Source of the DNA: an uncultured Erysipelotrichaceae bacterium
Lineage (GTDB): Bacteria > Bacillota_I > Bacilli_A > RFN20 > CAG-826
Length of the DNA stretch: 53,068 bases
Assembly (NCBI GenBank): GCA_902768335.1
Contig: CACXKR010000004.1
Coordinates: 1-53,068 of the forward strand
Direction: 5' to 3'
Shown here: in pieces, positions 18,555-27,808 of the stretch
Numbering within the stretch: position 1 is the stretch's first letter
Layout of the letters: the number at the start of each line of letters is the position of its first letter
Position numbers and translations under genes: made by a program
Notes under the pieces: model-generated
What the model saw: only the letters and a program-made list of their open reading frames with translations
Told to the model about the DNA's origin: nothing
Database searches by the model: none

Positions 18555-19912
18555 TATGCTGATAGATAAGCGATTAAACTAATCGAACCAATAGATGGCA
18601 CTAAAATGATGAATTCATAGTTTGTATCGCTAGAATTATTTGTCTTGATTAAATTATGGCCTTCGATACCAGCGCTAACGATGGTGTCATTCGCATTATG
18701 GGTCAATTCATTAAAGCCGATTACTTCATAATTTGGATCGGTTCCAATATCGACAATTCTGGCGAATGAATAGGCCTCATTTACCTCTAAAGTAATTGTT
18801 TTGAATAAGTAAGCATAACCGGAATAATCTTCGCGGAAATGTTTGTATTCTGCGGTGATATCTTGTCCAATAGCAACTGGATTAGTATCTCCGTATTTGT
18901 ATAAACTTGGTGTATTATTGACCGCATCCTCGTCTCTTCCTTTATAAACATAAGCTTCACCGGTATATGGTTGAACTGTTGCAGAATATGTAAAGGAAAT
19001 CTCGGTGTTTATTTCTCTAATAACTCGTGGGTTATCAAGAATATTTAAGTCGTAATCAAATGGCAATTCGTAAGTTATTTTCTCTTTGAATTCAGTACAA
19101 ACCCAACCGATGTTTTCAATTTGTTTAAAAATTGTTTCACCCTCAGTGCGTTTTGAAACTGCGAGAACATTTTCGACACCAGGTTTCTTTGGATTTTGAA
19201 TCGCATCATCTTGAGTAACTTCTTTATATGTTTCAACAATTTCGGCTTCTGATTTCATATATGCCGAGACTTGTCTTGTTGAAGTTGCGACAGGTTGGAC
19301 TAGATTACGAACAAAGATATTTTCATAAGTCGTATTGATTGCATTTGAAAAATAATGTGAGACATTGCTATCTTCAACTCCGGTTGGAAGTTTGGTGTCT
19401 TCATATATGACTTCGAGGTCATTGTCTTTTTCACTATTTCTTTTAATTAATTGTTTTTGGCCTGCATGTTCATTATCATCAAAATCTCTGAACCAATATG
19501 ATAAGGAAAGTTCTCGATCATCAACCGATCCGGCGTTTTGTTTATTTCCAATGTACATTTTTTGATTTTTACGTGAAATTAGGTAGCCTGAATAAACGCC
19601 GACTTCATTTGTTAGCGTATCTTCAAAAAATAATCCAGTTGGAGATTGCTTTAAGGTAGGAGTCTCATAATTACTTATCGTAGGCGTCATCTCACCAAAG
19701 ACGTCATAAGTTGGATTATAAATATCGGTCTTTTTATATGAATATAAAGAAAGGTTAGATTGATTCGATTTGTGGAGATTATAGTATTGCTCCATAATCG
19801 CTCTTTGTTGATCATCGCTAAAAGCTTGATATTTTTGAGCTTCGTCTTTCGAACATGATGCAATGCCAAGAAGGAGTAACGGAGTGATTAATACAATTAA
19901 TTTATGTTTCAT
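18554..19912 (-). CDS. Orphan lipoprotein
   Basis: Lipobox IAS-C20; AGGAGG SD overlapping the upstream stop; TAATG coupling to the downstream gene. Confidence 0.85.
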   Translation of the reverse strand: MKHKLIVLITPLLLLGIASCSKDEAQKYQAFSDDQQRAIMEQYYNLHKSNQSNLSLYSYKKTDIYNPTYDVFGEMTPTISNYETPTLKQSPTGLFFEDTLTNEVGVYSGYLISRKNQKMYIGNKQNAGSVDDRELSLSYWFRDFDDNEHAGQKQLIKRNSEKDNDLEVIYEDTKLPTGVEDSNVSHYFSNAINTTYENIFVRNLVQPVATSTRQVSAYMKSEAEIVETYKEVTQDDAIQNPKKPGVENVLAVSKRTEGETIFKQIENIGWVCTEFKEKITYELPFDYDLNILDNPRVIREINTEISFTYSATVQPYTGEAYVYKGRDEDAVNNTPSLYKYGDTNPVAIGQDITAEYKHFREDYSGYAYLFKTITLEVNEAYSFARIVDIGTDPNYEVIGFNELTHNANDTIVSAGIEGHNLIKTNNSSDTNYEFIILVPSIGSISLIAYLSA

Positions 19913-19924
19913 CTTTACTTCCTC

Positions 19925-21262
19925 CTATAATCCTATAATCGCGACCGTGAATTCACTGGCAGCGGTCATATCGGCATTGAAAACGATTCTAAATGAGAAT
20001 TTAGCTTCTTGAGCAACATAGAACAAATGTGGATTAATTGTTAAATCAGGATGAGGTGTTATCGAACTTGGATCAACAACGTAGTTAACGCATTTATTCG
20101 CAATGATATCGTTGTAACCCCATTGTTGATATCCTTCAGGTGTTGTTGGGGTTCCACTATAGAACGAATAGAAGCCCTCGGATAATTTTTGTTCCTTATA
20201 ATAAGCATGGCCATCGAAACTTTCGAAGTGACGATAGAAGTCGCTATTATCATCTAAAGTATAGGATTTAACATAGTTAAGATTAGTTCCGTCGAAATCA
20301 AATTGAGATATTGCCATTGGAATATCTTCAGTCTTTTTAAAATCTGGGACTTCAGGACTTTCAGAATGACTTGAATCGTAGAATAAAGAAGTAATACTTT
20401 CTTCTTTTTCAACTTCGATTGGCTCTTCACTTTCTTTTTTATCGGCGGTTGTTAGATATGATGTTGTTGTTCTACTTGAAACAGTTCTAACTGTCCAGCC
20501 TATTTCTAACACATCGTCTTTATAAAAGTCGATGACTGTTATACTTGTCACTTTTTTGACGTATGAATTTTCTTCTTTTAACGGAGTGATTAAAGATGGC
20601 TCAGCGGTCACATATGTTTGGAGACTATAACCGATAATATGTTGATTATCTCTAACATAAGTTAGTTCGTCTGAATATGAGATAGAAATATTTAGATAAT
20701 CTTCACTGACAGATTTCACCAATTGTTTTCTCCAAACAGAAGAAATTACATCGGCGGTTGCGAATTCGTCTTCTTCAATACCATAACGAGTAGATTGAAT
20801 TCCGTTATAACTCTCGGTTGTTTGAGTTAAAAGAGAATAATATGGATTGGCTGGTTGCCCAAGGATGCCATACCAAGATAAAATCTTTTTATCGCCATCT
20901 TCGCTAGCGGAATCTTTCCCAAAATAAACGGTTGATTTAGATGAACTAGATTCATCGATTAAATTGGAATAGTAAGTAACCTGCGAACTAAGTTCGGAAG
21001 ATTTGTTTGTCGCATATGAAGAAAATGAACCAGTATAAAATTTGGTATCATCAACTTGTTTCTTCTCATTTTTATTAAGCGAAGTTACATATGTAAGATT
21101 ATCGTAAGCTTGATTAGCAATTAATCTAGCTTCTGTGGAAGAGATAACTTCTAGATTGTCTCCAATGGTAAAAGGATCGAATTCGGTTTCCTTATTACCA
21201 CTACAGGAAGATGCAAGAATAGGAAGAATAAGCGATAAAGTAATTAATGATTTCTTTTTCAT
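19925..21262 (-). CDS. Orphan lipoprotein (distant paralog of 18554-19912)
   Basis: Lipobox ASS-C20; AGGAGG SD overlapping the TetR stop. Confidence 0.85.
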   Translation of the reverse strand: MKKKSLITLSLILPILASSCSGNKETEFDPFTIGDNLEVISSTEARLIANQAYDNLTYVTSLNKNEKKQVDDTKFYTGSFSSYATNKSSELSSQVTYYSNLIDESSSSKSTVYFGKDSASEDGDKKILSWYGILGQPANPYYSLLTQTTESYNGIQSTRYGIEEDEFATADVISSVWRKQLVKSVSEDYLNISISYSDELTYVRDNQHIIGYSLQTYVTAEPSLITPLKEENSYVKKVTSITVIDFYKDDVLEIGWTVRTVSSRTTTSYLTTADKKESEEPIEVEKEESITSLFYDSSHSESPEVPDFKKTEDIPMAISQFDFDGTNLNYVKSYTLDDNSDFYRHFESFDGHAYYKEQKLSEGFYSFYSGTPTTPEGYQQWGYNDIIANKCVNYVVDPSSITPHPDLTINPHLFYVAQEAKFSFRIVFNADMTAASEFTVAIIGL

Positions 21263-21274
21263 TTTATTCTCCTC

Positions 21275-21832
21275 CTAATATTGAGCGTGTCTCATATTCA
21301 TATAAACAAGATCGCAACACAGTTCGACATTTTCCTTGATGCTACCCTTGTCATAAATAATCCAGTTTCGAATAATTCCGAATACACCGGATACTACGTA
21401 CTCAACTATTATCTCATTTTTAAAAGTAGGTTTTAAAGAACTAAGTACAAAAGATTTAACTTTCTTTAATCTCAAAGTTAAATATCCAGAAAGATTTTGA
21501 TCGGTCAAAACGATACGATAAAGTTCGATTTGCTCATAGATTAAAGTGAACATTTTAAGAAACAATTCATACAAATTTCTTTTTGAATATTTACCCTTTA
21601 AATATGCATTCGGCTCTAATGTAACAATTCCAGATGTAAAAACTTTATCCACTAAATCCTCGATAATCATATCCTTCGAACTATAGTGAAGGTAAATTGT
21701 GTTACGATTGACATTTGCTCTTTTAGCGATGTCGATTATCTTAACGTTTTCGAAACCTTTTTCTTCTACCAAAGAAATAAAGGCATCTTCAATCGCTTTT
21801 TTAGTCTTAATTACTCTTAAATCTTCTTTCAT
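21275..21832 (-). CDS. TetR/AcrR transcriptional regulator
   Basis: DLRVIKTKKAI...KGFENVKIIDIAKRANVNRNTIYLHY HTH; GIIRNWI in the C-terminal domain. Confidence 0.95.
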   Translation of the reverse strand: MKEDLRVIKTKKAIEDAFISLVEEKGFENVKIIDIAKRANVNRNTIYLHYSSKDMIIEDLVDKVFTSGIVTLEPNAYLKGKYSKRNLYELFLKMFTLIYEQIELYRIVLTDQNLSGYLTLRLKKVKSFVLSSLKPTFKNEIIVEYVVSGVFGIIRNWIIYDKGSIKENVELCCDLVYMNMRHAQY

Positions 21833-21837
21833 AAGAT

Positions 21838-21893
21838 AATAGGCATTTTATCATAAATGCACATTATTTTGCAAATGCACAAAACTGCCTATT
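21838..21893. promoter_or_regulatory. Candidate operator region between tetR and degV
   Basis: Inverted AATAGGCA(21838)/TGCCTATT(21886) enclosing the direct repeat AAATGCACA (21855, 21873). Confidence 0.45.
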
Positions 21894-21946
21894 GTTAATC
21901 ATAACAAATGATTTAATATAATCTTTGCGAAAAGGAGAGTTTTGAA

Positions 21947-22852
21947 ATGAACAAAATCGCATTATTCGGTGATTCAACTTGTGACTTAACACCTGAGTTA
22001 AGAAAGAGTCGCGACATTGACTATGTTCGTATGCTAGTCAACTGGAAAGACAAAGATAAAAAGGATCACGAAATTTACGCTTCTTTAGACTGGGAAGTTT
22101 TCAGTCCAAAAGAATACTATGACTTAATGAGAAATGGCGCTGTCATTTTTACATCCCAAGTCACAGAACAAGAATTTGATGAAAAATTCATCCCCCATTT
22201 AGAAAAAGGTGAGGATATTTTATATATCTCATGCTCTTCCGCTTTATCACAATCCGGAAATTTAGCTGTCCGTTTAGCGAAAGACAAATATGCTCAAAAA
22301 TATCCAAAGAGCAAAATCATTGTCGTTGATTCCCTTTGCTCTTGCATGGGTCAAGGTTCCATGCTTCTTAGAGCTGCTGACTTACGCGACGCAGGTAAAA
22401 CAATAGAAGATATAGCGAAAGAAATCGAAGAAACAAGACTTTGTTATAACCAAATTGCTACTGTTGAAGATTTATCAACTCTTGCTAAACACGGTCGTGT
22501 TAAAGCAGGCAAAGCTTTCTTTGGTAATATCTTTGGAGTTAAACCATTGATTATTTCCGATGGAAAAGGTAATAACTACGCCGTTGAAAAGGCAAAAGGT
22601 CGCAGAAACGCTTTAGTAAGAGCGGCTGAAATCGTCAAAGAAAGAGTTATTAAACCTGGAACTCAAATTTGTTATGTTTCACATGCTGATGCAAAGCAAG
22701 AAGATGTCGACTTAGTTGTTAGTAAGATTAAAGAAATCGGCTTTAAAGAAGTCGTTGTTGGTAATCTTGGTCCAATCATTTCTGCTTCTTGTGGTCCAGC
22801 AACATTTGGCATCTACTATTTTGGTAAACCAGAAACTCGCGTCGGTGAATAA
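21947..22852 (+). CDS. fakB: DegV-family fatty acid-binding protein (fatty acid kinase subunit B)
   Basis: DSTCDL, TSQ, SSALS, VVDS, LAKHGRV, VKPLI and GPIISASCGP. Confidence 0.9.
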   Translation: MNKIALFGDSTCDLTPELRKSRDIDYVRMLVNWKDKDKKDHEIYASLDWEVFSPKEYYDLMRNGAVIFTSQVTEQEFDEKFIPHLEKGEDILYISCSSALSQSGNLAVRLAKDKYAQKYPKSKIIVVDSLCSCMGQGSMLLRAADLRDAGKTIEDIAKEIEETRLCYNQIATVEDLSTLAKHGRVKAGKAFFGNIFGVKPLIISDGKGNNYAVEKAKGRRNALVRAAEIVKERVIKPGTQICYVSHADAKQEDVDLVVSKIKEIGFKEVVVGNLGPIISASCGPATFGIYYFGKPETRVGE

Positions 22853-22854
22853 AG

Positions 22855-24528
22855 ATGATTTTGCACAAATTAAACGGTGAACAATTTAAAGAACTCGTAA
22901 TCAATGGTGCAAAAAATCTTCGCTTAAATATTGAAGAAGTTGACGCACTTAACGTTTTTCCTGTACCTGATGGCGATACAGGCACAAATATGTCTAGAAC
23001 CATTGAAGGTGGCATTAGTGCTGTCTCGGGAAAAGAAGAAAAGAATTTAGGCTTACTAGGCAAGGATTTGTCCAAAGGTATGCTCATGGGCGCTAGAGGA
23101 AACTCTGGTGTCATCCTTTCTCAGATTTTCCGTGGGATTTGCCGTGGTTTTGAAGGAAAAGAAGAAGTTAATGCTGTCGAATTAGCAAAGGCTTATCAAG
23201 TTGGAATCAAACAAGCTTATGGAGCAGTTGTCACTCCTGTTGAAGGAACGATCTTAACTGTTTTTAGAGAAGCAACTGAAGCTGCTTCAAAAGCCGTTAA
23301 TGAAGAATCAACAATTAACGAATTCTATGAAGCACATTTAAAACAAGCATCAATTTCTTTAAAGAAAACCATCGATTTACTACCAGTTCTAAAAGAGGCT
23401 GGCGTTATTGACTCTGGTGGAGCAGGATATGTTTATATCGTTAAAGGAATGGTTAAATTCCTCGATGGAGAAAAGATTGAACAAGAATTAAGCTCTGTAG
23501 AAGAAGAACATAAAGAAGCCGCTCCAATTGATTTTTCGGCCTTTGGTGCAGATGACGTTCTTCAATTCGGATATTGCACTGAATTTATCCTCCGTTTACA
23601 AAATTCCAAGGTAAATGTCGAAGATTTTGATGTTCAAACCATTATCGATGAATTAAATGAGGAAGATATTTCTGGCGATTCTATCGTGGCATTAAAAGAT
23701 GGAGATGTCGTTAAAGTTCACGTTCACACTAAAGAACCAGGTCTCGTTTTACATAAGATGAGAAAATATGGTGAATTCTTAACCACCAAGATTGAAAATA
23801 TGGCCCTTCAACATAATGAGAACCTCACCGAAGAAGAGCACACCGCTAAAAAGATGGAACATAAAAAATATGCTGTTGTCGCGGTTGCGCAAGGTGCTGG
23901 TGTTGAAGAACAATTCAAAGCCTTTGGAGTAGATGTGATTGTTTCTGGTAATCAAACCATGAACCCTTCCACCGAAGACTTCATTCGTGCCTTTAAACAA
24001 ATTGATGCAGATAACATCATTGTCTTCCCTAACAACAAGAATATTGTTATGGCAGCAAAACAAGCTGCTCAATTATATAAAGGTGCTAAAGTAAAAATTG
24101 CACAAAGCACTTCGATTCCACAATGCTATAGTGCTCTAACAATGTTGGATTTTTCCAGCGATGATTTGACTCTCATCATGGGTAACTTCAATGAAGCTAT
24201 TCGTAATGTGGTAACAGTTGAAATTACAACTGCAATTAGATCCACTAAAGTCCATGGAGTCATCATTCACAAAAATGACCATATGGGAATCGTGAATGGA
24301 AAAATCGTTTTCTCTGGCAGGATGAAAAATAGAATCATCTTTGATGTTTTAAGAAAAATTAAAGATATCAAAGATAAACAAGTCGTCACCATCATCTATG
24401 GTAAAGACGTAACCGAAGAAGAAAAAGCCAAGAATATGGAAGTGTTAAGAAACAAATTCCCATATCTTGAATTCGGTGCAATCGATGGTGGTCAAAGCGT
24501 TTATAAATATTTGATTGCTGTTGAATAA
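22855..24528 (+). CDS. fakA: DAK2-domain protein (fatty acid kinase subunit A, YloV)
   Basis: LNVFPVPDGDTGTNM, GARGNSGVILSQ, PVEGTILTV, DSGG, YCTE, KVHVHT and QTMNPS. Confidence 0.93.
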   Translation: MILHKLNGEQFKELVINGAKNLRLNIEEVDALNVFPVPDGDTGTNMSRTIEGGISAVSGKEEKNLGLLGKDLSKGMLMGARGNSGVILSQIFRGICRGFEGKEEVNAVELAKAYQVGIKQAYGAVVTPVEGTILTVFREATEAASKAVNEESTINEFYEAHLKQASISLKKTIDLLPVLKEAGVIDSGGAGYVYIVKGMVKFLDGEKIEQELSSVEEEHKEAAPIDFSAFGADDVLQFGYCTEFILRLQNSKVNVEDFDVQTIIDELNEEDISGDSIVALKDGDVVKVHVHTKEPGLVLHKMRKYGEFLTTKIENMALQHNENLTEEEHTAKKMEHKKYAVVAVAQGAGVEEQFKAFGVDVIVSGNQTMNPSTEDFIRAFKQIDADNIIVFPNNKNIVMAAKQAAQLYKGAKVKIAQSTSIPQCYSALTMLDFSSDDLTLIMGNFNEAIRNVVTVEITTAIRSTKVHGVIIHKNDHMGIVNGKIVFSGRMKNRIIFDVLRKIKDIKDKQVVTIIYGKDVTEEEKAKNMEVLRNKFPYLEFGAIDGGQSVYKYLIAVE

Positions 24529-24540
24529 GACAAAATAAAA

Positions 24541-24575
24541 AAAAGAGTGGTTAGCAAATTCGCTAGCCACTTTTT
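24541..24575. terminator. Bidirectional terminator
   Basis: AGTGGTTAGC/GCTAGCCACT stem flanked by A and T tracts. Confidence 0.8.
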
Positions 24576-26220
24576 AATATCCACCAAAGAAGCCATTTCC
24601 TGATATATCGCTATTTGTGATGTTGTGGTGAACTTCTAACCAGTCTAAAGCGAGATGGAAGCAGTCAAAACCTAATTTATATGGTTCATGTTCCGCACTA
24701 GCGGAGAATGCAGATGGAAAATAATTGTAATATTTTTCATAGTTAGAATTAACACCGATATGGAAGCCAATATAGTCAAAGACTAAAATGTCGTGATATA
24801 CATCATCACTATGCCCAATTGAAACACTTGGATCAATATATCCATAAATGCCATAATCCATTTCGGTGCGAATATTGGATTCAGAGACAGAGAAGATATA
24901 TAAACCATTTAAGAACGGATGAGTTTCAAATAGATCTGAGAAGGTGAAATCTCCAGCCTTCAAAGAGCGTCTAGAATAATTAAACATCGCTCCAACAGTA
25001 TTATAAGTTGGTGCTTCAATCAAAGCTTGTTCATAGGAAATCTTCGCATAGAACTTCGACATAGAACCAGTATTGATCTGTCCACCAGTTGTATTTGTAC
25101 CTATGACTGTATGGAACTTATCGTATTGTTCTTCTTTTGCATCATCAATAATGTCTTCCACGACTGGATCAGGAGTTAAACCTTCACCAGCTAAATAAAC
25201 ATTGCCTTCGCTTATTAGTGTTTTAACGCCAGTAACTTTGTTAAATGTGAATGAAACATTAGAAGCGCCTTCTGAAAATGCGCCAGCTTGTAAGAAAGGC
25301 ACTCCGTTACTCATCGAGTCTTGGAATTGGTGAGTGTGCGCTAAGAAACAAGCATCGACATAAGGTTTACCGGTCGAAGTATCAATATCAGCAATGCTCA
25401 TATCTGGATTATCCGCATGGTATGAAGCTATGACAAAGTCACATTCCTCCTCGGTCCTTAGTTTACGAGATAAACTCTTAACAATTGGATTAGGATCTAA
25501 AAAGATATGATTTGTGGTGTTCAAAGAAGTGATAGAAGTGATTTGATCTTTTCCTATAACTCCGATAACACCGACCTTAACTTCGCATTCAGTGCCTTCG
25601 TATAAGTTGATAATTTTATATTCTTGGCCTAACTCAGCTTTATGCCACTCGCTTCCGGTCTTCGGATAGTCGTAAATATTCGCACCTAAAAAGTTTTGTT
25701 CTAATGCTAATTGGTTATCAAGAATTGAATTGACGCCCCAATCGAATTCGTGGTTTCCGATTGTATGAACATCGACACCAATATATTTAAAAGCGTATGA
25801 GGCTAATTGGCCTTTATCATAATTACAAAGGAATGAGCCTTGATAAAGATCACCACTATTAATGATGATATTTCCATTCGCTTTTTTGTCTTTGAGATAA
25901 GTTGATAATTTTGCTAGTCCAACATAATCTCCGCTTTCATCTAGTTGCCCATGGAAATCATTAAAAGCAGTGAAATTCACGGGAATTGCGGTGATATCTG
26001 TTACTGGGGGAGTTACTGAACCGGATGTTGTAGGGAACGGATTTGAACCTGTATGAGGGACATAAGTGGTGGAACTTGTTGGGATTAAAGTAGGTTTAGA
26101 CGAACCGCTCACCCCTTTGTTCGATGACGAACCTGAACGGTGATTGCCTGATGGCGAAACACCCGAGCAGCTCGTCAAAAGAAGAATTACAATCAATGAT
26201 GGAATTCTTTTCAGTTTCAT
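24574..26220 (-). CDS. Lipoprotein 5'-nucleotidase/metallophosphoesterase with Ser/Thr/Pro linker
   Basis: Lipobox LTS-C18; NDFHG, SGDLYQGS, GNHEFDWG, AHTH and C-terminal HPFLN. Confidence 0.9.
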   Translation of the reverse strand: MKLKRIPSLIVILLLTSCSGVSPSGNHRSGSSSNKGVSGSSKPTLIPTSSTTYVPHTGSNPFPTTSGSVTPPVTDITAIPVNFTAFNDFHGQLDESGDYVGLAKLSTYLKDKKANGNIIINSGDLYQGSFLCNYDKGQLASYAFKYIGVDVHTIGNHEFDWGVNSILDNQLALEQNFLGANIYDYPKTGSEWHKAELGQEYKIINLYEGTECEVKVGVIGVIGKDQITSITSLNTTNHIFLDPNPIVKSLSRKLRTEEECDFVIASYHADNPDMSIADIDTSTGKPYVDACFLAHTHQFQDSMSNGVPFLQAGAFSEGASNVSFTFNKVTGVKTLISEGNVYLAGEGLTPDPVVEDIIDDAKEEQYDKFHTVIGTNTTGGQINTGSMSKFYAKISYEQALIEAPTYNTVGAMFNYSRRSLKAGDFTFSDLFETHPFLNGLYIFSVSESNIRTEMDYGIYGYIDPSVSIGHSDDVYHDILVFDYIGFHIGVNSNYEKYYNYFPSAFSASAEHEPYKLGFDCFHLALDWLEVHHNITNSDISGNGFFGGY

Positions 26221-26286
26221 ACTTTTATATTATCACACCCAAATTAGCAATAACTAAGTTTTGTGATATAGGGTAAAATATCATTT

Positions 26287-27642
26287 GTGATGAAAAGTAA
26301 GTTTCAAAACGTAACCGGAAAATGTGTCGACCTATCTTTTGAAGGAAAGGGTGTTGTTAAGCTTTCATATGGAACTGTATTTGTCGACGGCTTATTTCCT
26401 GGCGAAGAAGCCGAAATTGAAATTCAATACAAAAGAGCCGGATCTTATTTCGGAAAGGTTCATCGTTTGATAACCAAATCCGCAGATAGAATTCAACCTC
26501 TTTGTGGAGTGTGCACTGCCTGCGGTGGTTGTCAGTTTCAGCAATATGCTTATGACGCTCAACTTAAATATAAAACTAATAAAGTGAAAGACGCCTTTAG
26601 ACGACATGGTTTAGACGTTAAAGTTAACGAAGCTATTGGAATGGATAATCCTTATGAATACCGCAACAAGATTCAAGTTCCCATTGGACGTGATCCACAT
26701 GGACACATTGTCTCCGGATTCTATAGAAGTGGCACTCACAAAATTATTCCAATTGAGAAATGTTATATTGAAAATCCAAAGGCTTCTAAAATAATCGAAG
26801 AATTCAAAAAGCTAATTAAGGATTTTCATTATGAACCATATAACGAAGATACAGGCTATGGCTTGTTTAGACATGTTTTAATTAGAACTTCATTTCATTA
26901 TGACGATGTGATGGTCACTTTAGTTACAACTCAAGACGCTTTTAAAGGCAAAAATAATTTTGTTAAGGAATTTATTAAAAGATGCCCAAACATCAAATGT
27001 CTTGTTCAAAACATTAATTCAAGAGACACAAATGTAATTTTAGGAAATAAGGAAAGAATCCTTTATGGCAGTGGACATATAAAAGATTCAATTCTAGATG
27101 TTGACTTTCTCATTTCATCCAAATCCTTTTATCAAGTTAATCCAATTCAAGTCGAGACTCTTTATTCCAAGGCAATTGAGTTTGCTGATTTAGATAGAGA
27201 TGATGTTGTTTTTGACGCTTATTGCGGTATTGGAACCATCTCATTAATTGCTGCTAAAAAAGCCAAGCATGTTGTAGGTGTTGAGATTGTAAACGAAGCC
27301 ATAATTGACGCAAAAAGAAATGCAAAACTCAATCAAATTACAAATTCTGAGTTCATTTGTGATGATGCTCCTAGTGCGTTTGAGAAGTTGGTAAATGATA
27401 ACAAAAAATTTGATGTTGTTTTTGTTGATCCTCCTCGCAAAGGTATCGATGAAAAAATGATCAATACACTTTTAAAATTAAAACCAAACAAAATTGTTTA
27501 CGTTTCATGCGAGCCAGAAACCCTTGCACGAGATGTTGCAATGTTGTCTAAAGAATATTCAATTGGTGAAATTCAACCAGTTGATATGTTTCCAATGACC
27601 TTCCACGTGGAAACAATCAGCCGCTTGAATTTAAAGAAGTAA
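26287..27642 (+). CDS. rlmD: 23S rRNA m5U1939 methyltransferase
   Basis: TRAM-like N-terminus, Fe-S motif CxxCxxCGGC, YRNK, SFYQVN, DAYCGIG, VDPPRKG, YVSC and DMFPMTFHVE. Confidence 0.96.
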   Translation: MMKSKFQNVTGKCVDLSFEGKGVVKLSYGTVFVDGLFPGEEAEIEIQYKRAGSYFGKVHRLITKSADRIQPLCGVCTACGGCQFQQYAYDAQLKYKTNKVKDAFRRHGLDVKVNEAIGMDNPYEYRNKIQVPIGRDPHGHIVSGFYRSGTHKIIPIEKCYIENPKASKIIEEFKKLIKDFHYEPYNEDTGYGLFRHVLIRTSFHYDDVMVTLVTTQDAFKGKNNFVKEFIKRCPNIKCLVQNINSRDTNVILGNKERILYGSGHIKDSILDVDFLISSKSFYQVNPIQVETLYSKAIEFADLDRDDVVFDAYCGIGTISLIAAKKAKHVVGVEIVNEAIIDAKRNAKLNQITNSEFICDDAPSAFEKLVNDNKKFDVVFVDPPRKGIDEKMINTLLKLKPNKIVYVSCEPETLARDVAMLSKEYSIGEIQPVDMFPMTFHVETISRLNLKK

Positions 27643-27728
27643 AACACATATATTTTTAATAAAACCCAATTTTTGAATAAAGACATGTCTATTGAAACAA
27701 TAAAAGAAGTTCACAAGAGACATTTTTT

Positions 27729-27776
27729 GAAAATAGCAGACGAAAAATAGTGAAAAAATAGTGAAAAAATAATGAA
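27729..27776 (+). repeat. Imperfect tandem ~11-bp repeats (GAAAAAATAGT)
   Basis: GAAAATAGC...GAAAAATAGT GAAAAAATAGT GAAAAAATAAT GAAA upstream of fic. Confidence 0.7.
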
Positions 27777-27808
27777 ATTTTGATATATTATTTATGCGAG
27801 GATAATCG

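Noticed and set aside
27729-27776. CRISPR array or plasmid iterons
   Set aside because: Units are about 11 bp with no spacers, and no cas or rep gene is present.
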